NCBI RefSeq assembly: GCF_006345805.1
Contig: NC_043004.1
Coordinates: forward strand, 85,188,001-85,252,000
DNA length: 64,000 nt
Direction of reading: 5' to 3'
DNA from: Octopus sinensis
Lineage: Eukaryota
Part shown: one piece after another, positions 30,001 through 40,109 of the stretch
Numbering within the stretch: position 1 is the stretch's first letter
How the letters are laid out: each line of letters starts with the position of its first letter
Made by a program: the position numbers and the translations under genes
The notes under the pieces: generated by a model
Databases searched by the model: none
What the model was told of the DNA's origin: nothing
Seen by the model: only the letters and a program-made list of their open reading frames with translations

Positions 30001-31780
30001 ATTTTTCAATTTTTGGACTTAGCAGTCCATTATTAATAAAAATAAACCTCTTACAATTTTTCAATTTTTGGACTTAGCAGTCCATTATTAATAAAATACA
30101 AAAACGAGGTATTAAACGTCTTACAATTTTTCCAATTTTTGGACTTAGCAGTCCATTATTAATAAAAATACAAAACGAGGTATTAAGCCTCTTACAATTT
30201 TTCAATTTTTGGACTTAGCAGTCCATTATTAATAAAAATACAAAACGAGGTATTAAACCTCTTACAATTTTTCCAATTTTTGGACTTAGCAGTCCATTAT
30301 TAATAAAAAAACAAAACGAGGTATTAAACCTCTTACAATTTTTCAATTTTTGGACTTAGCAGTCCATTATTAATAGAAATACAAAACGAGGTATTAAACC
30401 TCTTACAATTTTTCCAATTTTTGGACTTAGCAGTCCATTATTAATAAAAATACAAAACGAGGTATTAAACCTCTTACAATTTTTCAATTTTTGGACTTAG
30501 CAGTCCATTATTAATAAAAATACAAAACGATGTATTAAGCCTCTTACAAATTTTCAATTTTTGGACTTAGCAGTCCATTATTAATAAAAATACAAAACGA
30601 GGTATTAAACCTCTTACAATTTTTCCAATTTTTGGACTTAGCAGTCCATTATTAATAAAAATACAAAACGAGGTATTAAACCTCTTACAATTTTTCCAAT
30701 TTTTGGACTTAGCAGTCCATTATTAATAAAAATACAAAACGAGGTATTAAGCCTCTTACAACTTTTCAATTTTTGGACTTAGCAGTCCATTATTAATAAA
30801 AAAACAAAACGAGGTATTAAACCTCTTACAATTTTTCCAATTTTTGGACTTAGCAGTCCATTATTAATAAAAATACAAAACGAGGTATTAAACCTCTTAC
30901 AATTTTTCAATATTTGGACTTAGCAGTCCATTATTAATAAAAATACAAAACGAGGTATTAAACCTCTTACAATTTTTCAATTTTTGGACTTAGCAGTCCA
31001 TTATTAATAGAAATACAAAACGAGGTATTAAACCTCTTACAATTTTTCCAATTTTTGGACTTAGCAGTCCATTATTAATAAAAATACAAAACGAGGTATT
31101 AAACCTCTTACAATTTTTCAATTTTTGGACTTAGCAGTCCATTATTAATAAAAATACAAAACGATGTATTAAGCCTCTTACAAATTTTCAATTTTTGGAC
31201 TTAGCAGTCCATTATAATAAAAAATACAAAACGAGGTATTAACCTCTTACAATTTTTCCATTTTTGGACTAGCAGTCCATTATTAATAAAAATACAAAAC
31301 GAGGTATTAAACCTCTTACAATTTTTCCAATTTTTGGACTTAGCAGTCCATTATTAATAAAAATACAAAACGAGGTATTAAGCCTCTTACAACTTTTCAA
31401 TTTTTGGACTTAGCAGTCCATTATTAATAAAAATACAAAACGAGGTATTAAACCTCTTACAATTTTTCCAATTTTTGGACTTAGCAGTCCATTATTAATA
31501 AAAATACAAAACGAGGTATTAAACCTCTTACAATTTTTCAATATTTGGACTTAGCAGTCCATTATTAATAAAAATACAAAACGAGGTATTAAGCCTCTTA
31601 CAACTTTTCAATTTTTGGACTTAGCAGTCCATTATTAATAAAAATACAAAACGAGGTATTAAGCCTCTTACAATTTTTCAATTTTTGGACTTAGCAGTCC
31701 ATTATTAATAAAAATGCAAAACGAGGTATTAAGCCTCTTACAATTTTTCAATTTTTGGACTTAGCAGTCCATTATTAATA
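18009..31780. repeat. Satellite, 70-71-bp unit, about 195 copies
   Basis: Unit CAAAACGAGGTATTAA(A/G)CCTCTTACAATTTTT(C)CAATTTTTGGACTTAGCAGTCCATTATTAATAAAAATA; copy number is 13772 bp divided by ~70.5. Confidence 0.98.
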
Positions 31781-31795
31781 CTAACAGTTCAATAA

Positions 31796-33033
31796 TTACA
31801 TATCGTCCTCGAAATAGCTTGTGCCCGCGCCCTCCACCATCAACCACGCCTCCCTCAGAACGTAATCAAGTTCCGAGTTCGCGTCGCCCGGGACCAAGCT
31901 ATAATCTTCATTGAGCTCCTTTAGCCCAAGCGTCACGTCGAACGCCACGGCCTCCACAGCTACCTGCGGAGGCCATTCGGGGTCCTGTGTGAAGGCTAAA
32001 GGTGCTCCCTTGTGGTGCTCTTCCATCATTTTTTTTCAATTTCTCCTCCTCTATAGAAGAGGACCAATACGTTCAGTTCTTTCGTTGGCGGCACAGTTCC
32101 CGCCATCGGTATTCCTTCTCTTGTCGGTGGCACAACCCCAACCGACGTAGTTCCGGGACATTCCGGTGCTACACTGACAGCCGGTAATTGTCGTTTTTCT
32201 TCCTCTTTTTCTTTTTTTTCCCTTTTCAACTGAGGGAGGGTGCGTCTCCTCCGTGGCTGGAAGATTCGCCTTCCTCTCCTCATCCCTATTATCCTTTGGT
32301 GAGCACCCATTGTTGCTCACCTTCCTCTTTCGGCCTCTGTTTGAGGAGTCCTCTGCTTTCTCGGCCGTTATCGTTCCCTCTTCTAGAGGGGTTTTACTTA
32401 ACTGTTCCGGGATCCTATTTTGTTCCCGAGGACAGTTCTTCTTTATGTGGCCAGACTCCAACCACCGATGACACTTAGTGGGGCGACCCTCAAGCATCAC
32501 CGGGTATCTGCACCCGGCCATTTTCAAAAAACCTGGAAGAACCAGATTGCCTGATTGGGTCCACAGGGCCAAAATTGCTTTTGACCCAACCCAAGCAGCC
32601 GCAGGAAGAACTTTTACATTAAGGAGCTTAGTTTCGCTGCCACCCAGACCCCGGCGGATAGTCTCCTCTATCCACTCGGGTTCTATGTCGGGTGGCAGCC
32701 CGCAAATCCAAGCTTTCATCAATTTCTTTTTTTTGTACGTGGGCAGGAATAAGATTTCCTTACCCTCCAGGGGTTGCTAGCAAATTTGCAAGCCTCTTCA
32801 GGGGTGTCAAATAGCAACCACACCGTTGCATATTTGACACCCCTGGAAATGAATTTAATTGTTGGCAAATACTCTTCCAACTCCTTTTCAATTGCCGTCT
32901 TTTCGAATAGGGCGATGGTGTCGAGTGCCTTGGAGTAGGTTCTCAACACCACCGTCCTATCTTCACGGTCTTTTAACCACTTTTTAGGCGGTATGATTTC
33001 CCATTCCAAAATTTTGTTATTTTTCATTGCCAT
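31796..33033 (-). pseudogene. ORF1 (gag-like) of the ORF2-less element, in four overlapping frames
   Basis: Segments align by eye with ORF1 of copies 1 and 2 (LPTYKKKKLMKAWICGLP vs TPSYFGQKVTKVIINNVP). Degenerate knuckle EGRPTKCHRWLESGHIKKNC (second Cys replaced by Trp). Stop at 31796. Confidence 0.75.
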
Positions 33034-33683
33034 GTTTTTTTTTAAATATATTCAAATTAAACTCAAAAAGCAAGAAGAAAAAAGTTCAAAAGTCCAAATA
33101 AAATTTGATAGATTTTTGAAAAAACAAAAAGGAGAAAGCACAACAGAAGGGAAGAAATCAACGGAAAGTCGCAATAAAGAAAAAAAACAAAAGGGGGAGT
33201 TAAATGAAGTTCAAAAAAAGTTAATAAACAGAAAAAACACAGCCAAAATATTCTGGCCTTGCGGTACTCCCGGCCTGGGTTGAACCTGGAACGCCGCAGC
33301 TGCAACACAACCTCCACAAAAATGGGTCCGAAAGGTAATACAATAGTGGCTTATTTTTATAATTTTCTTGCGAAGTACTCTGACAAGAGAATAAGTTCAA
33401 CAAACCCAAACACAGCACTGGCTACCGCCAACGGTAATTTTATCGGTAACTGTATTGAATTCCGAGGATACGCCCCTCCACTGTTTTTTTTTTTTTTCAA
33501 TAAACACAAAAATGGCAGCCGCCGAGAGCAGGCGAAATTGTCTCATAATAATTGGCACGCAATAAATTATGCCCAACTCACAATAAACAAAATCACTTAC
33601 CTCGACAACTTTCCGTTTTTGGTCTTTTTTCTTTAATTGGACGGAGCTGGTTGACTCGCGTCCACTCTGGCTGAACAGGAAGC

Positions 33684-33689
33684 AACTGA
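33684..33689 (-). promoter_or_regulatory. Possible Inr-like TCAGTT near the 5' end of the element (internal Pol II promoter)
   Basis: Minus strand begins ACACATGCGCAGTTAGTCAGTTGC; a short motif at a plausible position, function inferred only. Confidence 0.3.
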
Positions 33690-33705
33690 CTAACTGCGCA
33701 TGTGT

Positions 33706-33742
33706 GTTAGCAAGCTATTTACCACACAGCCACTCCTGCGCC
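33706..33742 (-). mobile_element. Head (A-box part) of the interrupted group A SINE
   Basis: TTTACCACACAGCCACTCCTGCGCC matches the end of the intact copy (47160-47185). Confidence 0.85.
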
Positions 33743-34034
33743 GTTTAAAATTATTTCTTGTCTTTGTCGTTACTGTTGTATTAGTTGTAGTTGAATATTT
33801 ATAAAAAAACGTTTTTTCTCCATCGTTGTTGTATACTGCATGAGTAATGTGGGTATATTTCGAGTCAACACACACACACACACATATATTTATGTATATA
33901 TAGGAAAATGTCCTGTTGAAAATGCACGTAAATGTTTAAAATAAATTATATTTACATATATACCATACTAGTTTCAACTATATTTTTTGTTTAACAATGG
34001 TAAAAGTGTAAAATTAGAAAAAATATAGTTATAA

Positions 34035-34097
34035 GTTTCAATGTTGACAATTCAAAATGTTTCAATGTTGACAAACTAAAATGTTTCAATGTTGATA
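34035..34097. repeat. 24-bp tandem repeat, ~2.6 copies
   Basis: GTTTCAATGTTGACAA(TTC/ACT)AAAAT at 34035, 34059, 34083. Confidence 0.7.
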
Positions 34098-34809
34098 AAA
34101 TACCATGTTCAAAACAGAAGGTGTAAGTTTGAAATTAAAACTGTATATCAATTTGCTAGAATGTACAAGGTTCATTAATATCAGTGGCGGTCGACCAGTC
34201 GTACTGAAATAAAAAAAGTGTGGAAACACCACTCCCTCTTTTGCCTATATATATATATATACGTTGCTAAATTATTCTGGAATAAGTTCGACACGTGGCC
34301 AGCAAAATTTTCAAAAGTCTGAGACAGCCAGGTTGCTATTGTCACCACGGTGTTTATGGCTCCGTTTTACTTCAGTCAACGTGGAAAAGAATTGCGTAGC
34401 CGTATACTGGTTTCCTTTTAACACACCCATTCCCGAGTTTACCTTAAAAGATAATACAAAATATATTCTCAGACTGCTTCGGAGTCATCAATAGAATGTA
34501 AACTTAAACTGTACTTTTACAAATGAACAGTGAATTTGAATAGGAGGTTAAAAATAATTAAGTACATAGGCCTAACGCTACAAAAACGCTAGTTAAGGTT
34601 ACTTGACTAAATCGACCGCAATTCTTGATTGAGCTTCGGAAAGATTCCTTATTTGCAAGTTCTCTCAGACACAGTTGTTGCGATGGTTTCCTAGATGTAT
34701 GAATAAAGTATTCTCGCCAGGGGATATCTTATATGATATTAACTCAATTTATTTAATTATCTAACGTATAATATTAAGTTTCAAATTTTGCTACAAGTTT
34801 AGCTATCTG

Positions 34810-34973
34810 AGGGGAAGGTTACGTCCATTACATCAACCCAGTACTCAACTGGTACTTATGTTATCGGCCGCAAATTTTGACCTCAACATAATTTGCACTC
34901 GGAACATTAAGACGACCAAAATCCCGCTCAGCATTTTGTCCGGTATGCTAACGATTCTTTCAGCTCACCGCCT
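34810..34973 (-). mobile_element. Degenerate SINE, group C
   Basis: Resembles 52370-52540 (CCCAGTAC..AACTGGTACTTA; GCTAACG..CAGCTC.CCGCCT). Confidence 0.55.
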
Positions 34974-34994
34974 TTGCCTTATGTGTAATATTAA

Positions 34995-35319
34995 TTGGAT
35001 GGAAGCACTCCGTCGGTTACGACGACGAGGGTTCCGGTTGATCCGATCAACGGAACAGCCTACTCGTGAAATTAACGTGTAAGTGGCTGAGCACTCCACA
35101 GACACGTGCACCATTAACGTAGCTCTCGGGGATATTCAGCGTGACACAGAGAGTGACAAGGCCGGTCCTTTGAAATACAGGTACAACAGAAACAGGAAGT
35201 AAGAGTGAGAGAAAGTTGTGGTGAAAGAGTACTGCAGGGATCACCACCATCCCCTGCCGGAGCCTCGTGTAGCTTTAGGTGTTTTCGCTCGATAAACACT
35301 CACAACGCCCGGTATGGGA
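34995..35319 (-). mobile_element. SINE, group B body with a different tail; head missing
   Basis: Shares GGAGCCTCGTG.AGCTTTAGGTGTTTTCGCTC.ATAAACACTCA with 38895-39184. Confidence 0.65.
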
Positions 35320-36830
35320 TTAATATTAATTACATAAATCATGAGTCTATCAGGCATTTAATTTTATTCTATAGTTTAAATTCAGATTTACTAGCAAATA
35401 TTTAAATGTTGAGTGTATAATAATTCATGCCTTCGATTTCGTTTCTTTGTAAAAATAAATAGCGTGGTTTAAAAGCAATGATTTCGGTGTTACACAATAT
35501 TATAAATGATAATGATAATCATTGAGATGATGACAACGATGAGAAGGAGAAAGTGGAATGGGAAGAGTGGTACCAGGAGGATAAATAAATATTTTCTTTA
35601 CACACATGAGAAATTATTCCCTGTAAAATGCAATAAAGTGCAGAGTGCCTTGTCGTTCGCTGTTGCTAGTTCAATGAAGTTTCAAGATTTTTGAAGCTTA
35701 CTAAAGCTATAAAATGATCCTTATTCCCCTATTCGTAACGATGGCTGTCACTTCTTATAGGGTAAATTCTATGGGCATGATGTATAGCTTGTATATCAGT
35801 TATCGTATAAACCATATTACATTGCAAATAAATACGCATTTATTTTTTGTTTTACTTTTCATCTATTATTCCCTGCTCAATTCTGGCAAATTTTGCTTCG
35901 TATCTCTGTGTTGTTTATGATACATACATGTATCATGTTCCCAAATGTGGGAACATTGACGTAGCTTAATAAATTTATGTTACCATATATGTATCATCAG
36001 GTTAAATTAATAGCTTGTTTCAAATTCTATTTTACTGAGATTTGACGTAAACATAAAGTGTATAGATTTACTAGTAGCCTCGCATTTAGGGATTCCACAT
36101 GCTTCTGTTCGGAAGATATAATCCGATAGTGACAAATGCTCTACGTATTTCATGAAGGAAGAATATTAGATATGTAAGAGTTAGTACCTAAACTTTGTAA
36201 ACAGAAGGAAAACTTAAAATGCAGAAACATCAGATATACGATTAAGAAATCTCTTATATGGGAACATTGTTAGGGGAATTGCGATGGAATAAACTCCAAA
36301 GGACAGAAACATAGCCGGCATACTTAGCAACTTCCGAAAATAGATTTTATTAACCAGTACAACATTCTAAAAGTCAAATTCTCTGATTTTGGAGTGGCGA
36401 AAATAGTGAAGAAACATGCAAATTTAAGCATGAGAACTGCATTGGAAATTTTAAACTAAATAGTGGAACGTGGATCGAGAATGAGGTAGGAGAGCATAGA
36501 TTGTCTTGTGGTCCATAGTTAGGCGATTTACTATAAAAACTGGAATCTCGCCAGAGACTGTTTTGACTTTCATCCTTACAGTATCGATAAAAATGTATCT
36601 TGTCGTGAAGAATATCAATTTACAATCAATTCTATCCGCGACCGAATATCATATCGCTTTGAAACATTTAATAGAAGAATCATAAATAATTGTAATCGCG
36701 ACAATAGTTTGATACTTAATCAGTAATATATGTGTATATTTACAGCAAATGCAAAATATAAGTTAGTCCTAGATCGCACAACGTTGCTGAAGGTCAGTAA
36801 TAGTCTTCCTCGGTTGGCCTTCACACATAT

Positions 36831-36861
<31 letters not shown>

Positions 36862-37028
36862 TATTTATTATTTAATTTAACACGACGCATCCATTTCCAA
36901 ATAAGTTTATCTTCACCTTTTTGATCTGACACTCTATACTGCTTTTTATCCTCCGCCCTTCTCTAATTCCCTTATTCTTACCCTCCCTCCTTACCATTTT
37001 CTATCTGTTTCTCTCTCTTCTTTTTTGT

Positions 37029-37088
<60 letters not shown>

Positions 37089-37596
37089 TTGCTCGCAGGT
37101 GACCATCGTCCGTCTTTGTTTTCCTCATGTGACCATCTTTCTTTTCCTGAACTTTTAAACGAGCGGTCGTGTTTTTCTCTAACTCTTCTATCTTTTCTCT
37201 TTTCAAAAAAAGAAGAAAAAAGATATTCTCTCAGTGTTCATTATTTTCTTCTAGTTCTGGTGCAACGAGCCTCCACGTTTGTTTTCGTTCGGTTTCCTTG
37301 TAGGTCTGTCTCTAAGGTCATTTTTTGTTCCCAAAATTGACCGTCCATAAAATCTAAATTTATTTTAGAATTTATGGAAGCGATTGTCTTTGCAAACTCA
37401 TTATTCTAGTTGAATGCTCAAAATGAGGAGTACATAGGCAGCTGACAACTGATGAAGGGTCATTTCTCACGGTCAACTTGTACTGTTTTCCATTACTTTT
37501 TTCTCGTTGTTGACGTATTTCACTCGTTTTGCCTCGTTTGTTTACGTATATCAAATTATTTACACCGTTGATGAAGTACTGTACCCGTATATGCAC

Positions 37597-37632
<36 letters not shown>

Positions 37633-37776
37633 CATAAATGAGAGCAAAGGAAAAAAAAATTCAGTGTCAAATATGCCGAAAAATTGGACATATTGCCCAT
37701 TAACCATATAATTTTTTTAACAATACGCACGCTACTCGAAAAAAGGCTGACAGAAGTTTCTAAAAAATTGAATTAT

Positions 37777-37834
37777 TACCATATCGGACCGATTTCAGAG
37801 TTAGCTACTAAGAGCCCTCTCTTCGTCAGTGATA
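37777..37834 (-). ncRNA. Candidate minimal type-I hammerhead ribozyme
   Basis: Minus: TATCA-CTGACGA-AGAG(18 nt)CTCT-GAAA-TCGG T CCGA-T-A-TGGTA. Complete core, with stems I, II and III pairing; AUA cleavage triplet. Confidence 0.55.
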
Positions 37835-38163
37835 CATGTGGCAAAAGAAATAAATGAGATACTTACTCATACCCATGCAAGAAGCAAATACTAAGTCATA
37901 GGCACAACTAAGTACCCCAAATACATCCAAAATAGAAATACTCCAGCCCATTCGAGGCACGTGCGATTTTAACTGAGGCTCTCACAGAGTGAGTTAGTTA
38001 GTCCGGAAGTGAACGCTTAAATTTATATCAAATGTGAGGATAAAATTCTTTTCGAAAAAAAAATATTTTCTCGAAAAAAATTTTATCAATGGCCAGCATA
38101 TTAAAAAATACCTTTAACGGTTAAATTTATAAACAATTCATAAATGAGGGCAAATTTAACCGT

Positions 38164-38197
<34 letters not shown>

Positions 38198-38229
38198 ATA
38201 TATATATATTATGTGTATGAATAAGTATG

Positions 38230-38232
38230 TAT

Positions 38233-38287
<55 letters not shown>

Positions 38288-38322
38288 TATAGATAGATAG
38301 ATAGATAGATAGATTGATAGAT
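38230..38322. repeat. (GATA)n microsatellite
   Basis: Direct reading. Confidence 0.9.
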
Positions 38323-38836
38323 AACATGACAAATCTTTATACAAACGTCCCTGTTTATTTCTGCCACCCGTCACAAAACACTGCACGATGAGCTGAGCCC
38401 AATGACAAACACATCCTGCAGCTTATATACGAATATGTTTCACAATTTTGACATTCACGTCCTTTAGCATTTCGTAGATCCCACTAGTGCGTCCATCTTG
38501 GAAACACATCCACTCTCACACCATGTTCTCACTCTTATAATAAATATGTAAACTCTACAGGCGTTTCCATGCGCCCCAAATACACACTGGTTGCTTTCTA
38601 GTAGGCTGGTCTCATTACAAATCTGCTTTTCCACTACATTTGATTTAATAATGAAACAAACAAACCAAATTTACACATATGAATGTATATATATAATGAA
38701 TATTTATATATATATATATATATATAATGAATATTTATATATATATATGCGTGTCTGTGTGTTGTGTATGTGTGTATGTGTGTGTATACATACATATATG
38801 TTTGTGTCTTTATATATACATATATAAATATATATA

Positions 38837-38894
<58 letters not shown>

Positions 38895-38899
<5 letters not shown>

Positions 38900-39184
38900 C
38901 GTGACCGACCAGGCTATCAGATGTTGCTACACGTCACGGGTCACAATGCGCTTCGCATTGTTTTAGCCTTCAAATGACTCCACTCCGCTGGCCAACACAA
39001 GAAAGAGTGACAGAAAACTGTGGAGAAAGGGTACGGCAGGGAGCGCCACCCGCACCCCTGACGGAGCCTCGTGGAGCTTTAGGTGTTTTCGCTCAATAAA
39101 CACTCATACCGCCCGGTCTGGCAATCGAAACTGCGATCCTACAACCGCGAGGCCGCTGCCCTAACCACTGGGCCATTGCGCCCC
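38895..39184 (-). mobile_element. tRNA-derived SINE, group B, third tail type
   Basis: Head GGGGCGCAATGGCCCAGTGGTTAGGGCAGCGGCCTCGCGGTTGTAGGATCGCAGTTTCGATTGCC; flanked by (TA)n. Confidence 0.75.
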
Positions 39185-39198
39185 CATATTTATATATA

Positions 39199-39287
<89 letters not shown>

Positions 39288-39317
39288 ATATATATTATAT
39301 ATATATATATATATATA

Positions 39318-39359
<42 letters not shown>

Positions 39360-39772
39360 ATATGCACTGTACAAACACTCAGATAATTGGATAGATAGGC
39401 ACCAGACAAGAAGAACGTGCGAAGGACCTCGGGAAATTTCGGAAATTAGGACACTAAATTTCATAATGCCGTAAAGCGATCTCATCGATTCTGACTGCAG
39501 CATTTGTTACATTGATGCTTCTGAGACGTGAGATAAATGCAACTCCAAGCAATGAGTTTTAAATTCTGTAACAACTCTTTTGAAGACGAATGATGGGAGC
39601 AGATCTAATAATTTCACATCTGCTGCTAACTTTCTATATTTGAAATCAAATATTTATTTCTTTGTCTATTTTGGTCCTTGCACACTGAAATACACCGCAT
39701 GCATAGTTACCTACTTATAGGCTCACACACATACATGGATGTGTATGTGTGTTTGTGTGTGTTTCTGAGTGT

Positions 39773-39827
<55 letters not shown>

Positions 39828-40109
39828 TGACTGTGCATGTATTTTCGAAAGTACCTGTAGACAAATATACGCGTATCTGTAAATTCACATGCTATAGACA
39901 ATGGACAGATAACAGTTCAACAGTCAACCATGCCTATTAGACATAAGCTATATTAAGGAGAGTGTGAACGGATATCGTATTGAATTATATATGCGGAGAT
40001 TCCTAATAATATATGAATATGTACGTATATCTATATATACATATACATGCACAGGTATATCTATTATCTATTTCTATCTATCTATATATACATATATATA
40101 TATATATAT

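Larger units (their letters stand above)
17835..33705 (-). mobile_element. ORF1-only (ORF2-less) L1/Tx1-like retroelement carrying a satellite in its 3' UTR
   Basis: TSD GTTAGCAAGCTA(C/T)TT at 17820-17834 and 33706-33720. Minus-strand order: 5' UTR, ORF1 (33033-31796), satellite, ~175-bp unique 3' end, AATAAA (plus TTTATT at 17833-17838). No APE or RT sequence. Confidence 0.8.

Noticed and set aside
18009-31780. Satellite as a CRISPR array
   Set aside because: The units are contiguous with no unique spacers, there are no cas genes, and the context is eukaryotic.
33630-33680. U2 snRNA-like segment at the element 5' end
   Set aside because: Only short word matches (GACGGAG, TCCACTC); no U2 5' stem, branch-point pairing region or Sm site.
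36580-36726. Possible host exon after TTCATCCTTACAG (47 open codons); similar candidates at 14310 and 47800
   Set aside because: Short, with no recognisable domain or consistent donor site; expected by chance in AT-rich DNA.
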